A stretch of 64,000 bases of DNA, from assembly GCA_030390025.1 (NCBI GenBank), contig CM059433.1, positions 25,484,001 through 25,548,000 of the forward strand, given 5' to 3'. The position numbers were made by a program, and so were the translations under genes. The notes beneath the pieces were generated by a model. That model saw nothing but the letters and a program-made list of their open reading frames with translations, was not told the DNA's origin and did no database searches. Numbering within the stretch: position 1 is the first letter of the stretch; every line of letters starts with the position of its first letter. Shown piece after piece: positions 1-13,269 of this stretch. This DNA comes from Squalus acanthias. Its lineage: Eukaryota.

Positions 1-70
1 CTGAGTGACCACAAATAAAATAGTATTACAGTGTAAAAAGTCTGTTTTTTCCTCATAATAAACAATGCTG

Positions 71-2174
71 AGGGCCTGAATTTGAATCAAAAAATCTATG
101 CATTTACCTGGTGGTCCGGGAGATACGGAGGCTTGCGATCCTGGGCCTCTCCTGGTCTGGGCGGGCAGAGGCCCACATATCCCAGGGGCGCATGCGGTTC
201 GCAAGCGCCCCGGGATCACGTGGGCCAGCCCAACCAATGAAAGAAGGGTACGTACGGAACTGTCATAAGTATGAATGGAGATGACTTAAAAAATACACGC
301 ACACATGAAATAATTTTTTTAAAATTACATATATAAAATTAATTAAAATGGCATTTAATTAAATATTTTAAACAAAAATTAAATTTTTGGACAAAAAAAT
401 TATGGGGGAAAAATTCAGTTGGTTGTGCCTCTCGTTAGCGCCTTAAGAGGGCGCTCATGGGGCGCAAAGCAACTAGCACCCGGGCGCGGCGATGTTTGCG
501 CCGCTCGCAAAATTAATTAGACATTTTGTGGCAGCGCTAAACACTACCGCCACGATCTCCTGTGCCGGCAGATCGTGACGTCAGTCGAGTGTGCAACGCC
601 CCGGTAGCGCCCCGGAGCAGATACTGAGTGGCGCCCCCTGCCTTACCGCCTGCCACTAGCAACGACAGGTTGAGGGGAGCATTTTGCAGTCAGGAAGGGA
701 CTGGGGGAGCACTATTTAAAGGCGAACGCTTCCTGCCTTTTTTTGTTGGTGACATTTTTGCACCACGCATTCTGAGAGAGATAGAGAGAGAGACTTCTGG
801 AGAGATTCAATGCTGTGTGAAGGAGTTTTGGGTACTGAGCAGCACTTTGCAGGTTCATTTTGATTTGCCCTTCCTTGCATCTATTTAGAAGAGACTGTGG
901 GGGCTGCACTCTGAGCTCTTTCCCTGGGCCTCTCCATTGTTCTTTCCAGCAGATTTGATGTACAGGTCTCTCCAGGCCGAGATTCAAGGCTGCAATGAGC
1001 AGGGTGTGGATGGAGAGCAAGATCAACCCTCCCCTTTAAGAACTGACCGGCGCCATTGTGTCTCTGTTCCATTGCTGACTGACATCACATGAGCTTCATC
1101 AGCGCTCTGAGGTAGCACATTGCTCCTCGGCCTTTGCGCCTTAAGACAGGTGTGAAGCGCCTGATAAAACTCTTATGCTGGTAAAAGCAGGCCTTACGCA
1201 GGCTTTTACCAGGCGTAAGAATTTGACAGGCATTCAGCGAGCGGAAGTTGTGCAAATAGCGCAACTCTCCCCCCGCAGAGGCCCTTTTCCTGGGGATGCG
1301 GAGGATCTGTCGAGAAGATTCTTGACAGATCGCAAGTGCCGGGTTTCAGCGAGTGCGCTTCGCATGCCTAAACCCGGCACTTGTGCGGCCCCTACAGACG
1401 CGTGCGCACCTCGTACACACCCGTAGGGATCACAAAATACAGCCCTTTGTTTCTGCTTTGGGTGCAATCGCCGATCCGGGCACAAATTGCACTCAATATT
1501 GTGCTAGTTTTCAGAAGTTTTTTTCTGCTCAAGTTTCCGCTCAAACTCAATTGCATGTCACCGAACTTAAAATCTGCCATAAACCAGCGCAATCGGGCAG
1601 TGTTTTAGAGCGTAATTTTTTTAACAAAAATTTTGCATTAAAATTATTCCTTGATATATTTGAGAGTTTGATTAATACAGCTGAAAATAGGTTTATCACC
1701 AAAAAAATAAGCATTTTTAATCAATGTCTAGTCCACCACCTATGAGTAACCTGATTTTAAATCACTGAAAATGACTTTACAAACTATACAGAACCACTTG
1801 CTAGTTACATTGGTGTACAGTAGTCAATTTCCTAGTAAATTAAAAAAATAATAGTTGAAAGCTTTTAAAATGTTGCTATTAGTGTCCTTACACCTAAAAA
1901 AACCCAACTTAATTTGAAGGCTTGACGGCCCACGAACGAGTGTAATTAGTGGAAACTCGCAATGGTGATTCATTTGATCTGTGGGCGCGGCCAGTTTTGT
2001 GAGCAGAGCCAGCATCGAGCGCGATACTTTTTAAACGAGCACAAAAGATCGAGGAAGCTCTATTTGCACTGGACGTAATTTGTGACTGAAATTCCTCGAT
2101 CGATTGCGTTGGCTTGGCCGATTTCGGATGAATTGCGCCGAAAAACTAGCGCAACCGAGTGGAAACTCCAGGCC
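71..2174. mobile_element. Composite of nested non-autonomous DNA transposons (MITE-like, probably Harbinger-derived)
   Basis: TIR-like ends GGGCCTGAATTTG (71), GGGGAAAAATTC (~405) and GGAAACTCCAGGCC (~2174). 71-400 and 1260-1330 recur as reverse complements in 20466-21020. 405-720 is homologous to 56342-56660. No credible ORF. Confidence 0.6.
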
Positions 2175-2902
2175 ACTGTGTTCATTCTTTTTGACATTTT
2201 AGTTTAATTACTTTCTTTCAAATCGAGGGCTGCAGGCTCGTAATTCTTTTGAAGCTATTTAGCTGTCAATTTGTCAGCACATTTAACACAGCGTGTGAAC
2301 AAAATGTCACCTAAAATGACTCCAGTCACAATGCATTCCAATAAGAAAGGTGGACTTCGGTCTGTGGCATTCAAACTCAAATCAAAACACTTTTCTCCTT
2401 TAAGCTTGGGGAGATTTTGCTGAAAGTAACAAGCAGCTAATTGGCACATTGGAAAACACGTGGCAGAATTTCGCTGAACTAAGTCAATAACCATTTAACC
2501 GATACAGACAGTGCAATGTGGGACTTTCCAACTGTGGAGTGTCCAGTTTCTGTTAGAAATGAAGGAAGACGTGTAACAGATGAGACAACAATAAAGGATT
2601 TTCATTTAAGTTCTAGTTTGTAATTCGCTCCTTTAGTCACAGTACATAAGGGATTAAAAGCTAGCTTCACTCAAAAATGATTTCCCAGCTTAACTCAATT
2701 CAAAGTTTTGATGACTATCTGATTGTCTCCAGGCAGTTTGCTGGAGGGGGCGGGGGCGAGGGAGTGGCAGAACCACAAAATTCATAAACAAGCATGTGGT
2801 GTAATTTGTTCAGACAAGTATCTGCTTCTTTTGAATTTAACACTGTTATTTGAATGCAGCAAAGCTCCACTGTGTTTTTGGGGGTAATTAATAACCTACC
2901 AT

Positions 2903-4214
2903 TTCCGCCCCTGTCACAGTACCGAAACGGCTCTCATCAAAGTCACAAATGACATCCTTTGTGACTGTGACAAAGGTAAACTATCCCTCCTCGTCCTTCT
3001 CGACTTGTCTGCAGCCTTTGACACGGTTGAGCACTCCATCCTCCTCCAACGCCTCTCCACCGTCGTCCAGCTGGGTGGGACTGCACTCGCCTGGTTCCAT
3101 TCTTATCTATCTAATCGTAGCCAGAGAATCACCTGCAATGGCTTCTCTTCCCGCTCCCGCATCGTTACCTCTGGTGTCCCCCAAGGATCTATCCTTGGCC
3201 CCTCCTATTTCTCATCTACATGCTGCCCCTTGGCGACATCATCCGAAAACACAGCATCAGTTTCCACATGTACGCTGACGACACCCAGCTCTACCTCACC
3301 ATCACTTCTCTCGACCCCTCCACGGTCTCTAAATTGTCAGACTGCTTGTCATACATCCAGTTCTGGATGAACAGAAATTTTCTCCAATTAAATATTGGGA
3401 AGACCGAAGCCATTGTTTTCGGTCCCCGCCACAAACCCCGTTCCCTTGACTCCATCCCTTTCCCTAACATCTGTCTGAGGCTGAACCAGACTGGTCACAA
3501 CCTTGGTGTCATATTTGAGCCGGAAATGAATTTCCGACCACATATCCGCAGCATAACTAAGAACGCCTATTTCCACCTCCGTAACATCGCCCGTCTCCGC
3601 CCTTGCCTCAGCTCATCCGCTGCTGAAACCCTCATCTATGCCTTTGTTACCTCTAGACTTGACTATTCCAACGCACTCCTGGCTGGCCTCCCACATTCTA
3701 CCCTACGTAAACTTGAGGTCATCCAAAATTTGGCTGCCCGTGTCCTAACTCGCACCAAGTCCCGTTCGCCCATCACCCCTGTGCTCGCTGGCCTACATTG
3801 GCTCCCGGTTAAGCAATGCCTTGATTTCAAAATTCTCATCCTTGTTTTCAAATCCCTCCATGGCCTCGCCCCTCCCTATCTCTGTAATCTCCTTCAACCC
3901 CCCGAGATATCTGCGCTCCTCTAATTCTGCCCTCTTGAGCATCCCTGATTATAATCGCTCAACCATTGGTGGCCGTGCCTTCTGTTGCCTAGGCCCTAAG
4001 CTCTGGAATTCCCTGCCTAAACCTCTCTACCTCTCTTTCCTCCTTTAAGACGCTCATTAAAAGCTACCTGTTTGACCAAACTTTTGGTCACCTGCCCTAA
4101 TTTCTCCTTATGTGGCTTGGTGTCAAATTTTTTGTCTTATAATACTCCTGTGAAGCGCCTTGGGACGTTTTACTACATTAAAGGCACTATATAAATACAA
4201 GTTGTTGTTGTTGT
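2903..4214 (+). mobile_element. L2 LINE, 5'-truncated (RT C-terminal half plus 3' UTR)
   Basis: ORFs 3005-3370 and 3220-3924 give DLSAAFDTV, GVPQGSILGP, YADDTQLY, FVTSRLDYSN and LHWLPV, with frameshifts. 3' tail GTGAAGCGCCTTGGGACG...ATAAATACAAG(TTG)n. Confidence 0.93.
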
Positions 4215-4231
4215 ACCTTGTTGAAGTCATT

Positions 4232-4598
4232 GGCCCTGAGTTTCTGTGGGAGTTGTCCTAATTTCCTGATGTAACTTTGGCAGAATTTAAGCGGAACCCC
4301 TGGAGAAAAAGCACAAACGGCTGAAAATGGCCGTTTACATTAGGGTAAATTTTCGATTTGCCATCCAGGTGTGAAGCTGGTGTTGTGGATCGGCAAATCG
4401 TTTTAGAAATCGCCTGATTTGGAAATCAGAGGGAATAAAAATCGGGCAGTTTCTGCAACAGGCAGTTGATCCACAATGCCAGCTTTATCGCTGGGCAGCA
4501 AGTTGAAAATCTACCCCTTTGTTTCTCCTGGAGTTCTGCTGATCTCCTGCTGAAGTTATGCCGTGAGATTGGGACAACCCTCGTTGAAATTCAGGGCA
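4232..4598. mobile_element. MITE with a second MITE nested at ~4342-4518
   Basis: Outer TIRs GCCCTGAGTTTC / GAAATTCAGGGC. Inner TIRs GGGTAAATTTTC / GAAAATCTACCC. Confidence 0.6.
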
Positions 4599-4796
4599 AA
4601 TATGCTTTATCTGGAGTCTTTAAACACAGTCTGTCTGGGACTTCTGGAGAGTTAATTAAATAATCAAAAAAATATATCTATAATAATTTTAGCACTATTT
4701 TTTACTGTAGGGACAGTCAGCAAAGTTAAACAACTAGTATGAAAATATATGTTAAGTTTTAATTTAAAATTAGTAAAAAGACTCAAAAACACAAGG

Positions 4797-4920
4797 CGGG
4801 TAATTTTGAATTGGTGTGATAGTGTAAAACGGGTGATAGCAAAATTGGGAGAGCTGTAAAGCGGGATGCCGACTCGCTATTGCCCAGTTTACACTATCAC
4901 ACAGTGTCAAAATTATTCCC
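4797..4920. mobile_element. Short palindromic MITE
   Basis: GGGTAATTTTGA...GTGTGATAGTGTAAA pairs with TTTACACTATCACAC...TCAAAATTATTCCC. Confidence 0.6.
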
Positions 4921-4949
4921 AAGAGGTGTCAGCTAAAATTCACAGGTCA

Positions 4950-5165
4950 AAAAAGAGTTTGCATTTACATACTGCCTTTCATGTCCTCTAGATATCCAAA
5001 GCACTGCACAACCAATACATTACTTTTGACGTGTAATCACTGTTGTTTATTATCGATAAATGTGGCACTCAATTTATGCACAGCCAGGTCCCACAAATAG
5101 CAGTGAGTTAAATCCCCAGTTAATCTGTTTTGATGGTGTTGGCTGAGGGATAATGTTGGTCAGGG
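4950..5165 (-). mobile_element. Deu-domain SINE (SacSINE1-like), 3' fragment
   Basis: Degenerate homologue of the 3' half of the SINE at 38694-39146. Confidence 0.7.
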
Positions 5166-5497
5166 CAAGAAACTTTCACAACATGAAGCCTGGTTATTAA
5201 TGATCAGTTTGAATATGCTCCACCTTAAGCATTCATATCTAAATGCAAACACTTTCCTTCTTGGAGGCAAAGATTTCAAGGATGAGGTGCTGATGCCTTG
5301 GTTACAGGAGAATCTTCCTGTAATAAAATACCACATTATATATGCAAAGAGGTGCTGGAAAAATATCCAGAAAGAAGTGTCAGAAATATCAAGATGAGAA
5401 ATTATCTTGATCATTTCTGACACCTCTCTCTGGATGAATAAATCCAGTGTGCTTCAAGTGGAAGCTGTCAAATATCTCGGTAGCCATTGATGCCAAC

Positions 5498-8400
5498 CCA
5501 TGGGAACAGATAGCCGTGGAGGTCAATGCCAGGAGTCAAGCCCCAAGGACCTGGACGCAGTGCCGGAAGAAGTTTAATGATCTCAAATGAATTGTCAAGG
5601 TCAGTGAATTCATCTTCAAATGCCATATCCCACCATCTGCACCACTAGCCTCAGTCACTGCTCAATGCACCACACCCCCATCGCTCACCTATCAAATCTC
5701 TATCAATCAGGACTCGAACCTAACATTCATATGCTTCACCTCACCCTCACACACTTAGCACTGTTCCAAGCCTCAAACCCACATCTCAAAGCTTGCACAT
5801 ACTGGCAGCTATTCGACCATGACAGCCATATCACCCACACAGATTCTGTGACACTCACTGACACACTTCCCTCTCTCTTGCATAACCGGAGGCAGCAGAA
5901 GCTAAACGGAGGGTGAGAGGCACGCCTGCATGTTCCAACCTCCATGGAGGAGACAGTGCTGGCCACTATGGGAAGGGCCGTTGCTGAGGCTGTGGCAGGG
6001 CTGAAGCCATTGAAGATGATGGTATCCTCAGACCTAATCCTTCTTCCCACATCCCACTTCTCCCTCATCCCTCAGTCTCTTTTAACTTAAAAGCTCCAGA
6101 TGGTGTAAGCATACACTTCTTACTTTTTCCTCTCCCCTCACCACTACCCAGCCCTTGTCCCTTTTTCATTTCAGATACTCAAGAACTACAACCTGCTCAG
6201 ACAATGGCAGAAGAGCAGGAAGACAGTGAAGATGAAGACACACCATCACTCGATTTCACAGTTGCAGCCACCAACTCAGATACTGACACTGCGTGTAATT
6301 TAGAAGATAGCATAGAGGCAGGATCTGCACGTGGTGAGACACCGGGCACAACTGCGCTGCAGCCAGGGCAGGGAGAAAGGAGAATGCAACTGCCAGCTCA
6401 CCAGAGGGCGAGGTCGCACACTAGTTCTGCTGCAGAGGACTCAGATGAGGAATTTGATGGGCCTGGCTACAGAAGAAGGCTGATGAAGCCTGCCAGAAAG
6501 TTCAATGTCAAGGAGCATGGAGGAGTCCGGCACCAACTTACCACAGGGCTTTGCGCAGAGCTTGCTGCCCATCCTTTCCAGCATGGAACGGGTTGCCAAG
6601 TCCATCAGATACACTTGTGAAACCAACCATGATGCAGTATCTGATGGCCAATGACTCAGCTTCCATTACAGCACAAGCAGCAGCCACCCAACGTCTGAGT
6701 GCTGCAGTGGAAGCTCAAACTGCTGCCATCATAGCTCTGGATGCAAATGTTCAAAGGGGCTTCCAGGGTGTCATAGGAGGCCAGCAATCTGTTCTCCAAC
6801 AGATCACTAGGATTGCTGAGACGCCACCCTGGGAGAGTGGCAGTGGCTCCATGGAGTACAAACCTGCTGTCCGCTCACAGGATCACAGCATTCGTGCTCC
6901 CACCCCTGCCACTCCGCTAGTGCCCTTGCTGTTTCCTGTCAACCAGCCAGCCCAGATTGCTGCCATCAATGCCGAGATGGTGCAGTCTGAAGCTGGGCCT
7001 TCTAGGCCCAGAGCTGCTTGAGTTCACCCTCCAAGGCCATCTGCAGTCTCCTCCACTGAAAGTCAGCAGCCTTCCACCAGCCATGCTCTAGCCATTGGGG
7101 TAGCACCTCGTAGGAGCACCAGGACAGGCAAAGGCACATGGAAGAGGAACTAAGGGAATGCACAAGGGTGATTAGTTTAAGTTTGTATGCAATATGGCGT
7201 GATTTAATTTATAAATTTGGATTGGAATGTGTATTTTGTGTTGGCTTTTATTTTTGCATTGAGGGCAAGAGGACAATGTGATGGTCAGTGACAGAAAAAA
7301 GGAATGGAGTGTGGGTCTGCTGGTGAATGAATTGGCATTGAGGTTATTGGTATCTCTCTTGAATTATTTGTTCACGTATAGCCCAGGCTGTCTAGGTTGC
7401 AGCCTCCCTCCCTCATCCTCCTCCTCTGCCTTCTCCTCTTACACCTCCTCCTCCTCCTCCTCCTCCTCATGCTCCTGCTGCTCAACTTCTCGCCTGATAG
7501 GTGGTGGCAAGGGTGGTTCCCTCATGATGGCCAGGTTGAACAGCATGCAGCAAACCACCACAAATCTTGAGACTCAACCGAGTACTGCAGGGCTCCTCCA
7601 GAACGATCCAGGCAGTGGAAGCATTGCTTCAGCATGCCAATGGTCTGCTCTATAAGATTCCTTGTGGCTCTCGTTGTATGCATGCTGCGCACGTGTGTAT
7701 CGGTTGCGGACCGGAGACAAGAGCCATGTCATCAGTGGATAACCCTTGTTGCCCAGTAGCCACCCTTTGGTTTGCCGTGGAGGTTGAAATACAGCTGGCA
7801 CAGAGGACTGCTGCAGATTGAATGCATCATGACTGCTGCCAGGATACCGGGCATTGACCTGTATGATGCGCTGCCTGTGGTCACACATCAGCTGCACGTT
7901 GAGGGAGTGGAATCCCTTTCAGTTCAGGTACACGGCAGAATTGACATGTCCGTGCGGTCAATTGCACCCTGCACCATGGGGAAGCATGTAACCCTTGCAA
8001 ACCTTCATGCTTGCTCCACCTGCTTCTCTCTGGCAAGAGGAAATGAGATGAAGCTATCTCTCTTTGCATAGAGAGCCTCAGTGACCTCCATTATGCAGCA
8101 GTGCACTGCAAAATGCGAGATTTAGCTAATATCTCCAGCCTGGATGGAGCCAGATGCATAAAAGTTTATAGCCACAGTCACCTTCACAGACACGGCAATG
8201 CGGTTTTTGCTCTGCTCTGAGGTTGGAGTTGTGGCTGCAGCAGCTGGCAGATTTTAGTGACGGCATCATTAGTGAAGCAGACGTCTCAAACATTGGATGT
8301 CGCTGAAGTTCAGGTAGGAGAATTGCTCCCTAAACCTGTTCTGTGGATGTGGCCCCCTCCTCCACCTCCCTCTCCTAGCAGCTTGTCTTGCACTGCGTGG

Positions 8401-8519
8401 CCTCTGCTCATTCTCACAATCATGCTCAATGCCAAGAGGAAGGCCTACTGGTGCACCCATGTCTGCGAGCAACTGGTTTATGCAGAAGCCTTGAAGTCAG
8501 CAGAAAAGCACTTCAGAAC
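5498..8519. mobile_element. PIF/Harbinger transposon (decayed): Myb/SANT-like gene on + and DDE nuclease on -, convergent
   Basis: + strand exon WEQIAVEVNARSQAPRTWTQCRKKFNDL followed by donor AAG|GTCAGT (~5600); acceptor TTTCAG at ~6175 and ORFs 6204-7021. - strand QLMCDHRQRIIQVNARYPGSSHDAF and GWLLGNKGYPL. Confidence 0.9.
7345..8460 (-). pseudogene. HARBI1-like Harbinger transposase, frameshifted
   Basis: ORFs 8269-8472 and 7574-7897. Motifs QGAIDRT (GAIDCT variant), GFHSLNVQLMCD, PGSSHDAF and GNKGY. Confidence 0.85.
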
Positions 8520-9205
8520 TTCAGGTATATAAAAAGGAAGAGAGTACCTAAAGTAAACGTTGGTCCCTTAGAGGATGAGACTAGGAAATTAATAATGGGA
8601 AACAGGGAAATGGCAGAGACTTTGAACAAATATTTTGTATCTGTCTTCACGGTAGAAGACACTAAAAGCATCCCAATAATAGTAGATAATCAAGGGGCAA
8701 AAGGGAGGGAGGAACTTAAAACAATCACTATCAATAGAGAAAAAGTACTTGGCAAACTGATGGGACTAAAGGCTGACAGGTCCCCTGGACCTGATGGCCT
8801 GCATCCTAGGGTCTTAAAAGAAGTGGCTGCAGAGATAGTGGATGCATTAGTTGTAATCTACCAAAATTCCCTGGATTCTGGAATGGTCCCAGCGTATTGG
8901 AAAACCGCAAATGTAATGCCCTTTTTCAAGAAAGGAGGGAGACAGAGAGCAGGAAACTATAAGTCAGTTAGCCTAACATCTGTCATTGGGAAAATGCTGG
9001 AATCCATTATTAAGGAAGTAGTAGCAGGACATTTAGAAAATCATAATACAATCAAGCAAAGTCAGCATGGTTTTATGAAAGGGAAATCATGTATGTCAAA
9101 TTTACTAGAGTTCTTTGAGGATGTAACGAGCAGGGTGGATAAAGGGGAACCAGTAGATGTAGTGAATTTGGATTTCCAGAAGGCATTCGATAAGGTGCCG
9201 CATAT
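8520..9205 (+). mobile_element. CR1 LINE ORF2 fragment
   Basis: SPGPDGLHPRVLKE, NYKSVSLTSV, QHGFMKGKSC and DFQKAFDKVPH within ORF 8388-9338. Confidence 0.93.
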
Positions 9206-9314
9206 AAGGTCAGAAGATAATCCTTCAGTCGTACCCTGCACCTGCACTTGTCCGAGTCATTCTTTCAGTGTACAAGAAGATGGTACAAACAAGCAAGGTA
9301 CCAAAATAAACTGT

Positions 9315-9408
9315 AAGGTCATTGACCTGAAACATTAATTTTGTTTCTCTCTCCACAGATGCTGCCTGACCTGCTGAGTATTTCCAGCATTTTCTGTTTT
9401 TATATCAG
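9315..9408 (+). mobile_element. Penelope-like element terminal fragment
   Basis: AAGGTCATTGACCTGAAAC...CAGATGCTGCCTGACCTGCTGAGTATTTCCAGCATTTTCTG, the same terminus as 51940-52030. Confidence 0.8.
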
Positions 9409-9851
9409 TAATAAACCGAGCGTAATTTTTATGCAGGTTATATTGATGTAAACTCCTCCTGGGGAGTATGTTAGGACAAGTCTGCTGGTATGCTTCGGAT
9501 GACATGTTTGTTCAGGCACCAATAATCCTCCATAGGCAACTAGAACAACTCAGCAACATTGAAATGTCTTTCAGCAAAAAATGAAGTAATGTAATTGACA
9601 GTTAAAATGAATGTCATTTACTACCTCACTGATAGAAATAAATTAGCTGGCTTAATTTTTCTACTCCACACTGGATCAACAGAGGGAAGCTGTCGGCTAA
9701 AGTGAAAACACATCACAACCCAAATTTTCAAATGCAGATTTAAAGTATTGTTAACAAATATTATTAAATGGTAAAGCATATTATTGAATAGCAGACATTT
9801 CAGAGCTGTGGGAAGGACTGGGAAGTTACAATTCAGAATGTTAACATAAGA

Positions 9852-12017
9852 GCCCTGATTTTCCGATCCAGTCAACTGGAGGCTGTGCCCGTCAGCACCA
9901 GCACCATGGGACCGACCTGCTCCAAATCTGACTGAGGCCCCTCCCCTTAATTTTAAAGGATTCCTGCGCATGGACAGAAGTGCAGGGATTCAGGATTGGA
10001 AGCTGGTTGGCTGCAAGCCAGAAAACTGGGCAAACCTGAAATAAAAATGAACAAACTTCTAAAAAAAATTTTTTTTTTTAAGTTTCTTAAAATTTTTATT
10101 TTTATTAAAATCGATAAATTTGACACTCCACAAAATTAAAATTAGTTTTTCAGGGCCATAACATTTGGTTAGCAGTCAATATGCTGTTAAAATATGTTGA
10201 TCTTCCAAAATTCCCTGGATTCAGGAAAGATCCCAACGGATTGGAAATGTAACTCCGCTATTCAAGAAAGGAGGGAGAGAGAAAACTGGGAACTACAGGC
10301 AGTTAGCCTGACATCAGTCATCGGGAAAATACTGGAATCCATTAATAAGGAAATGGTAATAGGGTACTTAGAAAATCATAATATGATTAGGCAGAATCAA
10401 CATGGTTTTATGAAGGGTAAATCAGGTTTGACAAATTTATCAGAGTTTTTTGAGGATGTAACTAGCAGGGTAGATAAAGGGGAACCAGTCGATGTAGTAT
10501 ATTTGGATTTCCAAAAGGCATTCGATAAGGTGCCACATAAAAGGTTGTTAAGGAAGATAAGGGCACATGGGGTTGGGGGTAAGGTATCGAAGCATGGATA
10601 AAGGGTTGGTTAACAGACAGAAAACAGAGAGTAGGGATAAATGGGCCATTTTCAGATTGGCAGGCTGTAACTAGTGGGGTGCCGCAAGGATCAGTGCTTG
10701 GGACTCAGCTAGTTACAATCTATATTAATGACTTAGATGAAGGGACCGAGTGCAATGTATCCAAGTTTGCTGACGATACAAATCTAGGTGGAAAAGTAAG
10801 ATGTAAGGAGGACACTAAGAGCCTGCAAAGTGATATAGACAGGTTAAGTGAGTGGGCAATAAGGCGGCAGATCGAGTATAATGTGGGGAAATGTGAGGTA
10901 TTCACTTTGGTAGGAAGAATAGAAAAACAGAATATTTTTTAAATGGTGAGAAACTATTAAATGTTGGCGTCCTGAGAGATTTGGGTGTCCTCGTGCAAGA
11001 AACACATAGAGTTAGCATGCAGGTAGAGCAAACAATTAGGAAGGCAAAGGGCATGTTGGCCTTTATTGCTAGAGGGTTGGACTACAAGAGTAAGGAAGTC
11101 TTGCTACAATTGTTCAGGGCTCTGGTGAGACCACACCTGGAGTACTGTGCACAGTTTTGGTCCCCTTATTTAAGGAAGGATATACTTGCCTTAGAGGCGG
11201 TGCAATGAAGGTTCTCTAGATTAATCCCTGGGATGAGAGGGTTGTCTTATGAGGAGAGATTGAGTAGAATGGGCCTATACTCTCGAGTTTAGAAGAATGA
11301 GAGGTGATCTCATTGAAACATATGATTCTGTGGGGGATTGACAGGGCAGATGCTGAGAGATTGTTTTCCCTGGCTGGAGCATCTAGAATTAGGGGACATA
11401 GTCTCAGGATAAGGGGTCGGCCTTTTAAGTCTGAGATGAGGAGGAATTTTTTCACTCAGAGGGTTGTGAATCTTTGGAATTCTCTGCCCCAAAGGGCTGT
11501 GGATGCTGAATCGTTGAGTATATTCAAGGCTGAGATAGATAGATTTTTGGACGCTAGAGGAATCAAGGGATAGGGGGATAAAGCAGGAAAGTGGAGTTGA
11601 GGTCAAAGATCAGTCATGATCTTATTGAATGGCGGTGCAAGCTTAAGGGGCCGTATGGCCTACTCCTGCTCCTAATTCTTATGTTCTTATGTTCTAAAAC
11701 CCCAGTTACACCTAATCCGAAAGGGTCTAACTTTTAATGGGGTATTTAACAGAGATATTACCGCAGAAAAGCTGAAGTTTTCATCAGTTTCATTGATTTC
11801 CCTGATTACACCAATTGCTGGCTATGGTGGGGGGTGGGTGGGGAGAGGGTCCACAGCGCAGCCAGTGTCGGAGCAGTGAATGACTAACCACAGCTTCAGG
11901 ATTTCTGTGTTAGGATGCGCATGCACTAAATCCTGAAGTTGCGGTCAGTTTCAAAGGAGTAACAACAGCGAACACTGTTCGTTGGCTATTATTACCCACT
12001 GCAGATTCCGGGCCGTT
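9852..12017. mobile_element. Non-autonomous DNA element split by the CR1 at 10195-11695
   Basis: TIR-like GCCCTGATTTTCC at the start and GCAGATTCCGGGCC at the end. The sequence appears to resume across the CR1 (GTTAAAA ... TAAAACCCC). Confidence 0.45.
10195..11695 (+). mobile_element. CR1 LINE, 5'-truncated, with 3' end
   Basis: RT fragments (DFQKAFDKVPH, PQGSVLG, FADDT, RPHLEYC) and a 3' tail ending in (TTCTTATG)n. Confidence 0.95.
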
Positions 12018-12234
12018 ATTTATGATACTTGCATACTGCTAACTGAACACTAGATGGCCCCTGATGGGAGTAAGCACCTTGTAGCAGTTATATTTCTCAT
12101 GTATTGTCTTTTTTATTCTTTGAGGTAATATTCTAGAGGGTTTGGAAATAAAAAAAGTCAGTTATTACCATACCAATACGAGAGATTGTTCAGACATAAC
12201 ATTAAATAACTTCTGCTTGCCATTAAAGGGTGTT

Positions 12235-13200
12235 TGAGGAGTGCAGCAGCTTTGTGAAGGTGCAGGTGGAGCAGACATTTTGAGATGTGTGCAATGATGG
12301 CCATGGGGAGACTCCCAATTTCAGTAACGATGCCTTGGATGTCCTATTGAAGGAGGTGCAGTGAAGGAGGATGGCTCTCTTCAAAGCAGAGACCCAAATT
12401 ACTTGGGAGGAGGTCATAGAGTGAGTGAATGCAGTTTGTCAGGTCTGTAGATGAGGAACAAGTTCAGTAACAGCAAAAGAAGTGCCAAAGTAAGCATAGT
12501 TACCTTTGCATATATTCGTAATATTCCTTTGCACAAAGTATGGCCCCAATGCATCTGTCCATTAGCTGCTACTTCAGGAAGATCACCTGCTAGCTCCTTA
12601 CATCTTCATTCAACAGAAGCCACATGGCACATTGACACTGTGGGGGACAACCGTTCCATGCACAGGTCAATCACATTAATGTTATCCTAGAAAACCACTA
12701 TACAAATTCATGTGAGTAGTTAGGGCCAGGGGGAGAAGAGTTTAGAGCACAGAGATGTTGTGTCAGCTGCTGTGCCACTTTCTAACATCTTGTGCTCTGC
12801 TTACAGGCTCAACCACAGCTGAACAGTGGCAGGAGGTTTCCATCACTGAATGTAGCAATTAGTGAGCTATGCTCCACTCTACCTGCCTGTGCATCAGAAC
12901 TTTTTCTGTGGGCCTCCTTCTCATCATCCTCCTCCTCTTCCTGGGGGCTGCAAATATCTGGTCCTCCTTGGATTGTTGCCTGACCACTCTTCTGATGGCT
13001 AAATTGTGAAGCATGCAGAACACAATGATGATCTTATTCTCTTTGGCTGGAGTGTGCAGCAGCTCCCATCCTGACGGTTGCAACAACACAAGTGCTGCTT
13101 GAGCATGCCTAGAGTGTGTGCGCTACGGTAACTCTGGTACTACCATGAGCTGCATTGTTTTGGCAGATTAGTGGTGTCTTGCACTGTGGCCCCTACTGTT
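12235..13200. mobile_element. Highly degenerate Harbinger remnant
   Basis: Myb-like pieces on +. On -, IIVFCMLHNLAIRR matches the transposase C-terminal VCCMLHNLA motif of the other copies. Confidence 0.6.
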
Positions 13201-13269
13201 TGTCTTAGAATAAAGTGAACGCTGTTTCCATGATTCTGATACTTCTCAGGAGTGCACGGGACTTTTCCA

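Noticed and set aside
2520..2529. Perfect NF-kB site GGGACTTTCC
   Set aside because: A single 10-mer is plausible by chance, and there is no associated gene.
5160..5423. Short ORFs on both strands
   Set aside because: No homology recognised and no clear splice context.
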